The notes: a model not told the origin generated them from the letters alone. A stretch of 64,000 bases of DNA from Porphyridium purpureum (GCA_008690995.1 VRMN01000003.1:372001-436000), one strand, 5' to 3'; positions 8,364-19,194 are shown, numbered from the stretch's first letter. Numbers and translations are program-made.

Positions 8364-11057
8364 CTAGTTGCCCAGCCCTTGGGACACCAGGTAGGTGAGC
8401 GCTTGCTGCACTGTGGTCTCGAGATGCTGGTAGTCCTCGCGCGTGAACATCAGGTCCTGGTCGCGGTAGAAGATCTTGCATGCCTTGTTGTGGTGCACGC
8501 ACATCTCGCGTGATGCGTGCTCGGCGAGCTGCGGGAACTCGGCGCCGGTGCGCAGCTCATACTTGAAGTACTTGATCCCGGCATTACCGCCGTTCACATA
8601 CATGTCGTGGTTGAAGCCGTACGGAAAGATCTCGATCATGGCCGTCAGCGGCCGCATGAAAAACGTGTTCACCAGGTTGGCCCCGTGCACACCAACCGCC
8701 AGTGCCGCGCTGCGCACCTTGTCCACCTGCTCCCGGAAGCTCAGATCCTCAAAGAAGACACGCTCCACGCTGAAGCCAAACTGCGCGGCCTGCCGCTCAA
8801 GAAGGTTCATGATGTCCGACGCGGCTTCGTCAGACAGCACGCGTCGCGCATTGCCCGTGTTTTTGCGGTCCAACAGCACAATCTTGCGCTCCACGCGCGG
8901 CTTCTCGCCCGGGTACATAAGCGCATCAAACTTGGAGCGGAACACAAGCGAGGTCTGTGGAACTTTGACATCCTGAGCAGCACCAACACCTGTGGTTGAC
9001 GGCAGTCTTGCCGGGTACTCTTCATCATCAATGAAGAATCGCCCTTTCAGGAACGCCGGGATCAGCGCCTTGCGGAAGCACACGGCCTGCCCGCCGAAAT
9101 GACTCATACTATCCGTAATAAATACAGGAGCAGCTGAGCCTGGAGCTACCATCGACTGTTCAGCGGACAGGCGAAGTACCTCATCGAGAGACTCAGTGAT
9201 GCGAGGTGAGCTCGGGTACGACAAGATTCGCATGATCTGTGCATGATAGTCATGCGTTTGATCCATTATCTTATCCTTCACAGAGCCGTGCACATTCAAA
9301 ACCGTGCGCGAGATCCCATCCATGCCATAGCTCGCAGAATTGAAGGAGGCATGATGCATGGTGAAAATACGACCCAGGAAATGCGCAATGTTCCTGCAAC
9401 TTCCGTCCAGATTCTGCAACAGCGTTGTGCCTTCGATCCACCGCTTATCAATCGACTGGAACGACGAGTACGGAAGAGATTCTATCATGCCGTTCGGGAA
9501 TGCGGCCTCCTTCCAAGCAAGCTCAACTTCCCGATCACACGCGCCCTGGGCCTTGGGACTCGTCATTCCGTACTGTGAGCAGACCTGTGGGCCTTCCATG
9601 CGGAAGAACTGTCCTGTCGGTGCAACGCATAGAGAGTCGAGCGCCAGAACGCGGTCATACTTTTCGTGATCAAACAAGTAAAGGGACGCGCCCGGTTTGG
9701 ACTGCGGCGTCATCCAATCAGATCCTTCACTGTGTCGCATGCTCTGCGGAGCGACTGCAAAACGCATGTCCAGAGGTGGGCCCATGACAGCCGGGGTGAA
9801 AGACTCCGACACTTTCTTTGCATTGTTGCCCTCGAAAGGGACGGCTCCTTGTATCCTGGCCACGTACACGTCGTCAATCTTCTCAGTCGAAGCTGAAGGC
9901 TCAGAAAAGCCCGCATATACAGGTGTAGTCATATGTAATCTCACCGGATCAGTCTTCAAACCGCCTGCATTCATGTAATCCTCCTGGCTACCGACTGGCA
10001 TGCTCGTCACACTGTCAGAGCGCATGAAAGCTGCCTGAGTTTTCGGTGGCAAAGTTACGGACCCGGTGGGGCTCGAGGGGTTCGCGGAGCCCACGGAATC
10101 TTTCACGCTCCCCATACGTGCGGTCGCGAAGCTGTCAGAACCCATGTGCGGGCCCAGGCTTCCTATGGATGCAGATGCCGAGTCGCTAGAAGCGAAAGTA
10201 TTCCGTTCGCCTCCGAGTGACGGGTTCCCAAACGTTGCCCTTACCAGAGCTTCACCCACTGATTTTCCCGACGCTTGCATCGACTCTAGTCCCAATAATT
10301 GTGCAGGAGCCTTGTTGACCTCGTCAGCCACCGGATTAATACTGTCATCGGCCACCATCAGCCCTGCTCCATTTTCGACCGCGAAAGCCTGCTCCGCTTG
10401 GACGTGGTTAGCGCTTGGCATTTCATCACCTCTGGCACGCTGCCCGAATGCGCGGAAAAGATCTACCTCTGCTTCAAAGTCCTCATCTTCCGCTTGCAGA
10501 ACGCCGCCTTGAACTTCAATTCCAACCGCTTCGGCATACGACTGTGGTTTTGAGGCTTTCGCGGCTGTCATCTCCGAAGCTTTGGAACGAATGGAATGCA
10601 TTTTGTACGCGAGCATCTGCTCTCCGGCAGCATTCTTGCTGTTCCCAGAACTGCTTTCTTGGATGCTATTTGCAGTGTTCACAGTGGCGCTGACTGAACC
10701 GAGGGCGTCGCTCTGAACCGCACGGTCGAGCCCGATCAAGACGCTTTTTTCGTCCTCACTCATGAAACGCTGATCGACGTGAATCACAACCATCATCAAT
10801 CCAGCAATAAATGCACTCCACCACAGCACCCCGACCATGGGAGGCGACCGCTTCGGGCCCATATTTTTGGGGAACACTCGATGTACAACGGGAGTCGCGG
10901 GGGAACTGTCAGAGTCGGACCCACTGCTATACTTATTTCGCTCCTTGTGACGAGCCGCCTGACGCTCCTTGCGGGGCGGATTCCCCAGCAAATCATGTTG
11001 CCCGCGCAGGTTCTCTTCCTGGTGTCGGATGTCTGCTTGAGACTCCAAATCCTCCAT
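8364..11057 (-). CDS. Type II membrane glycosyltransferase, GT61 (DUF563) family
   Basis: N-terminal TM (VLWWSAFIAGLMMVVI), long low-complexity stem, then NIAHF, VCFRKA, LSFREQV..VRSA..AVGVHGANLVNTFFMRP..AMIEIFP. Confidence 0.85.
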   Translation of the reverse strand: MEDLESQADIRHQEENLRGQHDLLGNPPRKERQAARHKERNKYSSGSDSDSSPATPVVHRVFPKNMGPKRSPPMVGVLWWSAFIAGLMMVVIHVDQRFMSEDEKSVLIGLDRAVQSDALGSVSATVNTANSIQESSSGNSKNAAGEQMLAYKMHSIRSKASEMTAAKASKPQSYAEAVGIEVQGGVLQAEDEDFEAEVDLFRAFGQRARGDEMPSANHVQAEQAFAVENGAGLMVADDSINPVADEVNKAPAQLLGLESMQASGKSVGEALVRATFGNPSLGGERNTFASSDSASASIGSLGPHMGSDSFATARMGSVKDSVGSANPSSPTGSVTLPPKTQAAFMRSDSVTSMPVGSQEDYMNAGGLKTDPVRLHMTTPVYAGFSEPSASTEKIDDVYVARIQGAVPFEGNNAKKVSESFTPAVMGPPLDMRFAVAPQSMRHSEGSDWMTPQSKPGASLYLFDHEKYDRVLALDSLCVAPTGQFFRMEGPQVCSQYGMTSPKAQGACDREVELAWKEAAFPNGMIESLPYSSFQSIDKRWIEGTTLLQNLDGSCRNIAHFLGRIFTMHHASFNSASYGMDGISRTVLNVHGSVKDKIMDQTHDYHAQIMRILSYPSSPRITESLDEVLRLSAEQSMVAPGSAAPVFITDSMSHFGGQAVCFRKALIPAFLKGRFFIDDEEYPARLPSTTGVGAAQDVKVPQTSLVFRSKFDALMYPGEKPRVERKIVLLDRKNTGNARRVLSDEAASDIMNLLERQAAQFGFSVERVFFEDLSFREQVDKVRSAALAVGVHGANLVNTFFMRPLTAMIEIFPYGFNHDMYVNGGNAGIKYFKYELRTGAEFPQLAEHASREMCVHHNKACKIFYRDQDLMFTREDYQHLETTVQQALTYLVSQGLGN

Positions 11058-11752
11058 GTTCACGTGCTATCGTTTCGACCAGACCCAGGAAAGCCGCCAG
11101 TACCCTGCGCAATACGCAAATACACAAGCACGGCGAAAGGGAAACAAAATTTGACTGGCATCCACTTTGATCCTTCTACGGGACAGCTAGCACGCCTTTG
11201 TCTGTCGTCGATACACGCCCAGGACATGCATGCGCGAGTTCCCTTCTCATCTGCCGTGACGCGGCGTTTTATGCAGACTCTTCGAAGGCAAGTCGCGCGC
11301 CGCGCGCCACATTCGCGTTTCACATGGCCGAGGCAGCTCTTTGCGCGCACTGCTCAACTGTCACAGCGCAACGCTGCGCTGCAGAAGCTCGTTTACTGCA
11401 CCCTGCCCGTGTCCCAGAGACACACACGGACCTTTTTCTGCCAATTGCGAGCAAGGCTACCGCGTTGTGTCTACTAAATTTGGCCCATTTAGCCACAAAC
11501 GCCGCGCCATTCTCGCGCAATTGGAACAAAGACGCTGTACCTCCAAATCCACATCAATCCAATGTGCTGTACCTCATGCCAAACCACATGTTAATAAATA
11601 GATTAAATAAGAAATAAATTAAACTGTACCTCCGAGGAACGTTTTGCCAGCGCGAACAGCAAAAACGCCGAGGAGGCTGCTTAGTTGACGGGAGAGAGAG
11701 GTTGGACAAAGAGTGACCGGGTTGAGTGCGGTTCGGGAAGAGCGATTGCGCG

Positions 11753-12544
11753 ATGGAGGAGATTGTGCATGGCGTTGAAGCGCTTCGTGCGGCGATAGAC
11801 AAGGAGGATGTGACCACGGCGCAAGCGGCGCTGAACGCGCTCAAGCTGAAGATGATTTCGCTGGCGTCCGCGATGCCACGCGCGCAGATGACGGCCGAAG
11901 CAGCGCGCGAGCTGAGCGTGGTGCGGCAAGTTTACGAGGAGGCGATCCGTTTGAACGTGCTGCAGCAGGATAGTGCGGCGTTCGAGCGGCACATGGCGCA
12001 TCTCAAGCCGCTGTATTTTGAGTATGCGAGCGTGCTCGAACCGTCGCCGCAAATGACGCTCGTGATCGGACTCAACCTGATGCGCCTGCTTGCGCAGAAC
12101 CGCATCGCCGAGTTCCACACCGAAATTGAGCTACTGCCAGAGGATGTGAAGCAAGACCCCTTTGTCCATTACGCCATGTCGGTCGAACAGAACCTCATGG
12201 TCGGGTCGTACACGCGGATTATCGCCACGCGCTCCGCCGTGCCAGACTCGTCCTTTGTGTTCTTTTTGGACATGCTGCTAAAAACCATCCGCGACGACTT
12301 AGCCGAGTGCATTGAAAAGGCGTATCAATCACTGGACCTCCCCTTTGCCAAGCAAGTGCTCATGATTCCTCAGGATGACGACATGATCGCGTACTGCCAG
12401 GCTCACGGCTGGACGCTCGATGGCAACCGCGTCATCTTCGATTCAGGCGAGCGACCGGCCGTCTCTTTGGAGACGTCCGTCCCGACAATAGAGATCATGA
12501 AGAGGAGTATTGCGTATGCCAAGGAGCTGGAGCGAATTGTCTGA
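11753..12544 (+). CDS. RPN12: 26S proteasome regulatory subunit Rpn12 (PSMD8)
   Basis: FERHMAHLKPLYF, GLNLMRLLAQNRIAEFHTEIELL, EQNLMVGSY, TIRDDLAECIEKAY, C-terminal YAKELERIV. Confidence 0.96.
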   Translation: MEEIVHGVEALRAAIDKEDVTTAQAALNALKLKMISLASAMPRAQMTAEAARELSVVRQVYEEAIRLNVLQQDSAAFERHMAHLKPLYFEYASVLEPSPQMTLVIGLNLMRLLAQNRIAEFHTEIELLPEDVKQDPFVHYAMSVEQNLMVGSYTRIIATRSAVPDSSFVFFLDMLLKTIRDDLAECIEKAYQSLDLPFAKQVLMIPQDDDMIAYCQAHGWTLDGNRVIFDSGERPAVSLETSVPTIEIMKRSIAYAKELERIV

Positions 12545-12666
12545 AGGGAAAAAAAAACAAAAAAGAACACGATTGTTTTGCGTTTCGACCTGTTTCGTGT
12601 TTGCTCTCTTTCTAAGCCACTCCTGCTTATAAATATGCTCTCATTCGCGTCCATCACGTTTAAGTC

Positions 12667-13694
12667 TCAAAAAAGGCTGGTGGTGGAGCAGCCTCGCCTC
12701 ACAGGAAGGAGCCATAGGTTTGGGTCGAATCCAAAGACGCTGACAAGATTGTTCTGCCATCCTGAATTGTACTCGGCAAACCGTTGCTTGAAATCGTCAT
12801 CGTACGTTTCAATCGTGGTCACGCCATATGAAAGGTTATACCACTGGACAGCATTCAGCGCACCAAGCGAGAAGATGTACGCCGCGCTTGTAAACCAGCC
12901 GCACGCAACCGCAATGATACGCATCGCGGCCGGCCCGAACGCCTGGATGTTTCTCGCGTCACTCATCAGCAGACGAAACAGCGGCGCGGCGCACGTGATG
13001 GTCACGAAAAGCACGGCGAGCCACGCATATCCCAGAAACAGAACGAAGAATTTGTGGTTGTGCAACCCCACGCAATTATTGATGATCAAACTGGTGATGA
13101 ACAGCAGACGAAACAAAGCACAGGAGACAAGCACAGCGATAAAAGGTCAGCAGAGCTGCTCACGCGATGATCAAAACCTAGCGAATGGCAGTTAGCTCGC
13201 CAAAGCAAAAAGTGATACAAAACGTACCAGTGGTGGTCCATCCGAAGGACACACTTTCCGCACATGCGGCAATGGTGAGCACGCACGGGCTTGCCGCTCT
13301 TACAGCGGTGACATTTCTTTGCGCACACGACACCGTCCTCGCTTACGAGCAGGAGCTCGTGCCCCTGCGACGGCTTGTATGCGTCGCCGGTGTACCGCAG
13401 CTGCGCAGGCACCGGCCCGGCGTCCACAATGACACACACGAGCAAGCACCACAAGAGCATGAACACGTCAACATGAAACAGCACGACAAGCAGACGCATC
13501 CAGACGGGCAGCGGCTGGGCGTTGCCCCGCAAGAGCAGCTCGAGGCACGCGTAGTACCCCAAGCCGATGGTGAAGAGCACCGCGCCCAGCGGAATCATTC
13601 CTGCCTTCTTCCAGCCTGTGTCCCATTTTGCAAGCTGTGCCCCGGGATACCACAGCTCCAGCACCGCGCTAAGCTTCTCCATGCGACGATTCAT
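12667..13694 (-). CDS. DHHC protein S-acyltransferase, two exons: join(13694..13228,13090..12667)
   Basis: CHRCKSGKPVRAHHCRMCGKCVLRMDHH in exon 1. Splicing restores DHHC-LIINNCVGLHNHKFFVLFL, followed by the TTIE motif and NLVSVFG....WLLP. Frames join correctly; start uncertain. Confidence 0.9.
13091..13227 (-). other. Spliceosomal intron (137 nt) in the DHHC gene
   Basis: Donor GTACGT, branch-like GCTGAC and GCTAAC, pyrimidine-rich tract, acceptor CAG. Removal rebuilds the Cys codon (TG|T) of DHHC. Confidence 0.88.
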
Positions 13695-13911
13695 GCGCAC
13701 AATTGCAGCGCCGCCAATCATCCACGATGCCGGGGAAACGCGCACCTGGCTCGCAACACGCGCGCGCGACAGCTCAAAACAAGCACCGGTGGCATTCACA
13801 CTGTACACCTTCTGAGCAGTAGTAGTGTACAGTGAGAAACGAGCGACACTTGGTCGCAGTGCGGGCGGCATTGGTCAGGGGGGAAGAAGCACACAAGCGA
13901 GAGTGGAAAGC

Positions 13912-15462
13912 ATGATTTCGGTCAGTAATGTGGCGCATTTGGATGAGGTCTGTCATCGTTTCGTGGTGCTGCGTGGAGACACCACGCATTCGGTGCTCCG
14001 GGTAAGCGTGTCGAGCGAGAGCCAGCCAGAGATTGTCCAGTGGAGCGAGGCTGTGGTGGCACCACCATGCAGCGCAGGCAGCGCATCATCATGGCTCGGC
14101 TGGGTTGCCGGCCTGGCTGCTCCCGCCGCGACACCATCGCCTGCACCGGAAGAGCGGACGGATTGGTGCGCAGTGGTGGAGCTCTTCCCGGGCAAAAATA
14201 CACTTATGATCGCGTCTCATGAAAATGCGGATCAAGGTGTTGAACAGGAAGCAGTCAGCTTGCAGCTGGTGTGCGCATCCGGCCATGATGTACACGGGCA
14301 AGGATCGGTGGTGCGTTTGGTGTACCTGATCGCGAAGGATGGTGATGGCACCTTTCAGGTTCCTAGAGAGGATGGGGGCGATTTTGATCATCTTGGCTGT
14401 TCAACATCTTCGTCACTTGACTCTGGACTGCGCCGGCTGCGAACATGCGGTGGCCTCATCCAGAGCGCGCTAGGCGAGCTGCTTATTCGGCACGAATTAT
14501 GGGCTGACGAGTTACAGAACGGGAATACAAGGCGCTCGTTTGCGCTTGACCCCGAGCCCGTGGCCTTCCGGTCCACCAAAACGACAGCGGAGCTCCACGC
14601 CATGGACGGACACGCGTTGTGGTCTTTCTTCTACGAGGAGCTGCATGCATACATAGCGGGTCCGTTTGTGTACGTTGCAGTCATGAGCTTTACAAGATTC
14701 GACCGCGTGTCTCAAAAGGTGCTTGCACATACAGCGCTCGGCGGCGGAGCTCTGGCACTGTTTGGCGGCGGATCACTTTTCACCTGGCCCGAATCTGTCA
14801 CCGAGGTGGCCGCTCGTTTCTTGGACAACCGTGCTTTTGATGCTCACGAATTGTTCAAAGACAATTCCGGCATACGCGGTTCGGACGCGTCGACCACGAT
14901 CGGAGCTATGCTGCACGAGCTATGCCACTGCTTTGGATGCGCGCATCTGACCGGCGCTGCGCTGCAAGAAGCGCCAGATAGCATCATGCAACGCGGCTTT
15001 GATCATTTAAGATTGCTATTTCTTCCGGACGGATGTGTCTCGGGCACCATACCTGTGCTGGATCGGAGCAACGCAGTCAAGCTCGCGCTCCACCCTTGTG
15101 TCCGCCCGAGGCGCACAATAAGGAAGCGCCATGTGGACGATACTTCGACCTCGGATCTCTTTGAAGTCATCGAGCGCCCTGAGAAATGCGGCATTCAGAT
15201 GCAGCGTGAGGCACTCTTGCTGCAACCACAATCCCGGAGGATTTTGGCATTTGCCCCGACAGGTATTCGATATATCGGGTTGTACGTCGATGGCGACTGT
15301 GCCGGGCATATTGAGCCACCGTGGATGGCAAAATGTATTCTTTCTGTGGACTGTACAACGCTGCGGACGTTATGTGCTGTTCCCGCTGCGAAAGCTTGCC
15401 GTGTAGAACTTATTTCGGACTCAGGCTCTTGTTGCGAGTTGACACTTGAGCCTGACGACTAA
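13912..15462 (+). CDS. Putative zinc metallopeptidase (yeast YIL108W / Metallopep-like family)
   Basis: AHTALGGGALALFGGGSLFTWP; metzincin-type HELCHCFGCAH (HExxHxxGxxH) followed by a Met-turn-like SIMQRGF. Confidence 0.82.
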   Translation: MISVSNVAHLDEVCHRFVVLRGDTTHSVLRVSVSSESQPEIVQWSEAVVAPPCSAGSASSWLGWVAGLAAPAATPSPAPEERTDWCAVVELFPGKNTLMIASHENADQGVEQEAVSLQLVCASGHDVHGQGSVVRLVYLIAKDGDGTFQVPREDGGDFDHLGCSTSSSLDSGLRRLRTCGGLIQSALGELLIRHELWADELQNGNTRRSFALDPEPVAFRSTKTTAELHAMDGHALWSFFYEELHAYIAGPFVYVAVMSFTRFDRVSQKVLAHTALGGGALALFGGGSLFTWPESVTEVAARFLDNRAFDAHELFKDNSGIRGSDASTTIGAMLHELCHCFGCAHLTGAALQEAPDSIMQRGFDHLRLLFLPDGCVSGTIPVLDRSNAVKLALHPCVRPRRTIRKRHVDDTSTSDLFEVIERPEKCGIQMQREALLLQPQSRRILAFAPTGIRYIGLYVDGDCAGHIEPPWMAKCILSVDCTTLRTLCAVPAAKACRVELISDSGSCCELTLEPDD

Positions 15463-15493
15463 ACGATTAATATTTACATCCCTTGCTTGAACG

Positions 15494-16675
15494 TTAAAGA
15501 AATTCGTGTAGACATTTGTGCCTCACGGGATTCTGGATATCGGCCTGTAGCCTTCGGTATGCCTCGCGCAGATGCTTGGGTTGCAAGGGGCCCTGTTCCC
15601 CGCGGGCATCGCGAACTTTCAAGGCTGTCTCCACCACGTCTCCGACAAACACCTTACCCAATCCTTTGATTGCGAGAACATACGGGTCCTTGGGCGCCAT
15701 CGTGCCAAACGCAGGGTTAATGGCGATGAGCAGCTTCTTGATCTTCTCCTTTTTCAGATCAGACCTCCTCATCGCTTCGTACCGCTGCATCTGCTCGTCA
15801 GACAACTTTTCCACCAGTTCAAATTCTCGCTCTCGTATTCTGTCTACATTAAAGTCATCCTTTTTGGGATCTTCGATGTTTGCGCCCGGCGGATCTTCCA
15901 TCTCGATCTCCTGATCGTCATCGGACGCCGAGTCGCCCTCCTGCCACCAGTCAGCACCATGCAGCACCTCTGAATCCATTTTTTCCAGTTCATTCTGGTC
16001 GTCCAGGAGAAGATCTGTGTCCAACTCTTCCCCGTCGTCCTCTTCTTCATCCTCCTCTCCATCTGCAAAGGAAAATCCTGGTCCGTCGACTGCCGCCTCC
16101 ATGCCGCCCAACGGCTCCTCATTTTCCTCTTCATCTTCACCCTCCGAGTCATCTGCATCACGCTGCTCATCTTCCTCCTCCTCGCTCTCGTTGTCCTGTT
16201 CCATCACAACTCCATAGATATCTTGGATCGCTTCTTCACCACGAGCAGTGGCGTCCTCCTCGTCACCAGCTGCTTCGAAGTACTCTGAAATCAAGTTGTC
16301 GCCTGCACGCGCGAAGTACTCATCGTCTTGCGGTTGCGCCTGTAATTCACGACTTCCACGGTCACCATCCCGACCCTCCTCAGCTCCGCCGCCCTCAACA
16401 TCCCCTTTCTGCTGCACAAGCTGGTTGACATGACTGGTAGCTCGGCCTTCGTTCAGCTCTGACGGGCGCGTGCGCCGTTTTACGGGCGGTGAGGACGCGG
16501 TCCCGGTAGGCGGAAAATCTGATAAAGAACTTTCATCTCGCTCTTGCCCAGGTCCTTCTCCCTGCTCGACCATGTCCTTGTGCTCAAGTCCTGATACTTT
16601 CCCAGGTTCAGGTTCCGCATGGTGCGCTTCCTCTCCTAATGCATCGGCCTTGCGCTTTCTCGCATCGGATGCCAT
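15494..16675 (-). CDS. TAF11: TFIID subunit TAF11 (TAFII28) with a long acidic N-terminus
   Basis: C-terminal histone fold: LSDEQMQRYEAMRRSDL, AIKGLGKVFVGDVVETA, GPLQPKHLREAYRRL. Confidence 0.92.
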   Translation of the reverse strand: MASDARKRKADALGEEAHHAEPEPGKVSGLEHKDMVEQGEGPGQERDESSLSDFPPTGTASSPPVKRRTRPSELNEGRATSHVNQLVQQKGDVEGGGAEEGRDGDRGSRELQAQPQDDEYFARAGDNLISEYFEAAGDEEDATARGEEAIQDIYGVVMEQDNESEEEEDEQRDADDSEGEDEEENEEPLGGMEAAVDGPGFSFADGEEDEEEDDGEELDTDLLLDDQNELEKMDSEVLHGADWWQEGDSASDDDQEIEMEDPPGANIEDPKKDDFNVDRIREREFELVEKLSDEQMQRYEAMRRSDLKKEKIKKLLIAINPAFGTMAPKDPYVLAIKGLGKVFVGDVVETALKVRDARGEQGPLQPKHLREAYRRLQADIQNPVRHKCLHEFL

Positions 16676-16891
16676 GAAAAAATCCCGGCGCTTCACAAGA
16701 AGCGAGCGCCAATGCAATGTATCTCCACCTTTGCCTTCTCCAATCGGGACGCCCTTACCTGAGCTTTCCGTTTGACTCTTTCCCCTTTCCCTTGTCGATC
16801 GATCGCTTGGTAGACACTTCACAGGCAACCTTTGCGAGAAACCAGCTGCGGCTTGGCGAAGTAGGAAAACAGGCGAACAGGGCCAGTAAGA

Positions 16892-18451
16892 ATGGGCGGA
16901 ATGGCCAACGCATTCTCGCGCCTGGGCTTGGCGGCACCAGATGATGCATCCGGCGGAACAGTGTGCGAGCTCCGGTCTCGAATGTGGGGACAACGCCAGC
17001 TGGACGAGGATCAGCACGAGCTGGCATCGGATGCGGTTTTATTGCGTCTGCTAGACGCGCAGCTGATGCAGCCCTTCGCGCTGCCGCGTAATGCGCTGCA
17101 TGCAACCTTGCTCGATCCTCGTGCGATCTATCGAAGAGATGCACTGGCTCCACCGCAACCGGCGTCGAGTGACGCTGGACACGGTTTTTCACACGTCCTA
17201 CGCTGGATTGTACAAATGTACACACTGACGGGATCTTTTTCTCGTGTTTCTGCTTCTGCAGAAGTGGGCGAAGCACCGGCAGCATCATCGCACCAGGTGT
17301 CTTATGACCGTATCGCGTGGCACGATCAAGAAGCCTATGTGTCAGTGGTGGCAAACGATGGAGGCATCTACACCATGCAAATAGGTAAAAAGTGTGCTTG
17401 GCTGAAACCGCCCTTGCGCAGCTCCACTCACGGGGCCATGTCCTGCGTGGCAGCGCGCCCATTCTGTGCACCAGGCACTCTGGCTGCAGGCTTTCGCACG
17501 GGCTGGCTGGGGCTTTGGATGCGAGCGGAATTCAAGCTTTTCCCGGCGTCACACGCCTTGCACTCTGGCCGGCCCGTGGCTAGACTCAGTTGGAATGCGG
17601 ATGGGTCGCTGCTCGCGTCGTCGGCTGCCGAGTCCGATGGGCGTGTCGTGCTATGGAGGCCCGGGGACCAGCACGGTGAGCCACTGCGCGCTGTTCAGCC
17701 CGTTTGGTGGACCATCGCGCGACAGCTTGCTCGTTCGCCCCCAATCTGTGGACCAGCGAGCATTGCGTTCCAGACTCCAACAGATTCTGTCAAGGCATCG
17801 CTGTCTCTAGTCGGTGCGGCAGGGCGATTCATGCGAGTTTGGAGCACGGACGGCTGGCACAGCGAAAGCGTATCCATAAGTGGAACGTCGGGCACAGGCC
17901 TACGATGCTCGTCTTGGTCGCCATCGGGACGCACACTGCTCATCGGCGCAGACCAGTGCATTGCAGTGCTGCGCAGAGACATCCAGGCACCAGCTCATTC
18001 TGGCAGACGCTCAGCGCCGTTGAGGCTACATCACGTCGAGTCTACTGCGGTTGGCTGTGTGCCCGTGGAGCGCTCAGACGGTCGCGTGCTGGTGGGCGGA
18101 ACACCCAAGGCCATTGCTTGGGACACGTTGGGCGAACGAATCGCGGTGATGTTTGCCGGGGAGTGTGAACCAGCTGCGTGCCTGGCCTGCGAGGCGCGCG
18201 GACATGCGCGTCGTGTGTGTATGGATGCCCGCGCGCACTTGATATGTGTATATGCGGTGCAGGAAGAGCCTCAATTCCGCATGCTGCCGCTGGGATACAT
18301 TAAAGGCCCCAGTGCGTCGGCCGTGCCGCTGTCGATCCAGTTCCGTCCGCTCTCACAGGCAGACGGATCAATTCTAGCAGTCTTGTGGTCGTCGCAGGAA
18401 CTCACTCTTATTCCGTTTTTGTATTCGAGTGCCGTGCACCGCCGGTCGTAA
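16892..18451 (+). CDS. Aladin (AAAS)-like WD40 nucleoporin
   Basis: WD-like repeats (IAWH, LSWNADGSLLAS, SWSPSGRTLL) plus Aladin-type IAWDTLGERIAVMF and LGYIKGP...P..IQF...GSILAVLWS. Confidence 0.78.
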   Translation: MGGMANAFSRLGLAAPDDASGGTVCELRSRMWGQRQLDEDQHELASDAVLLRLLDAQLMQPFALPRNALHATLLDPRAIYRRDALAPPQPASSDAGHGFSHVLRWIVQMYTLTGSFSRVSASAEVGEAPAASSHQVSYDRIAWHDQEAYVSVVANDGGIYTMQIGKKCAWLKPPLRSSTHGAMSCVAARPFCAPGTLAAGFRTGWLGLWMRAEFKLFPASHALHSGRPVARLSWNADGSLLASSAAESDGRVVLWRPGDQHGEPLRAVQPVWWTIARQLARSPPICGPASIAFQTPTDSVKASLSLVGAAGRFMRVWSTDGWHSESVSISGTSGTGLRCSSWSPSGRTLLIGADQCIAVLRRDIQAPAHSGRRSAPLRLHHVESTAVGCVPVERSDGRVLVGGTPKAIAWDTLGERIAVMFAGECEPAACLACEARGHARRVCMDARAHLICVYAVQEEPQFRMLPLGYIKGPSASAVPLSIQFRPLSQADGSILAVLWSSQELTLIPFLYSSAVHRRS

Positions 18452-18501
18452 TCTGCTTGTATTTATCAACTCTCCGAGTACTGTATGTGTGCTTCAAGGC
18501 T

Positions 18502-19194
18502 CTAGGTCGATGACCCTTCGGTCGGCATTTTTGCGCCGCTCTCTTTCAGCATTGTCAAGAGCTCGCCAGACTGGGCCATCTGTTCGACAATATCGCAACC
18601 GCCAACAAACTCGCCACCGACAAAGAGCTGGGGGACGGTGGGCCAATGGGAATAGCGCTTGATGCCCTCGCGCAGTTCTGGATTGGCCAGCACGTTGTAC
18701 GCACGGAACTCGACGCCAATCGCCTTCAGAATCTGCACCGTCCGCAGGCTGAAACCGCACTGCGGCGCGGACGGAAGCCCCTTCATGTAAAGCACAACTT
18801 TGTCAGTCGAAACGTCACCCTTGATACGATCCATAATATCCGCTCCGCCCGCGTCTCCACCGCCTGCGGGTTGCTTCACCTTCGGCTGGAAATCGGCATC
18901 TGAGTCTTCGTCTACGCCGCCGGACTGGTTCGGCGAGCGCGCGATGGGCGCTGCATGCAGCGCACGCTTCATTTGCGTAGCAGGAGTTGCACCGTCTCCG
19001 ACGCAGCACTGCTGTCTCGCCATCCCGCGCGAAGTTCGCCACGGCGTCGCGGCGTGCATGAATCGCGACCAATCGGGGCGCGTCGCAACTTGGCGCGACG
19101 CGAGCTTCCAGCCCTCGGAACTCCGGGGCAGCGCAAAGTGGATGCCGCCTGGCATCAAGGCGCGACGGCACGCACTCCGAACCGCAAACTCCAT
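18502..19194 (-). CDS. GRX5: Mitochondrial monothiol glutaredoxin (Grx5/GRXS15 type)
   Basis: VVLYMKG.P.APQCGFS, LREGIKRYSHWPTVPQLFVGGEFVGGCDI; R-rich presequence-like N-terminus. Confidence 0.94.
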   Translation of the reverse strand: MEFAVRSACRRALMPGGIHFALPRSSEGWKLASRQVATRPDWSRFMHAATPWRTSRGMARQQCCVGDGATPATQMKRALHAAPIARSPNQSGGVDEDSDADFQPKVKQPAGGGDAGGADIMDRIKGDVSTDKVVLYMKGLPSAPQCGFSLRTVQILKAIGVEFRAYNVLANPELREGIKRYSHWPTVPQLFVGGEFVGGCDIVEQMAQSGELLTMLKESGAKMPTEGSST

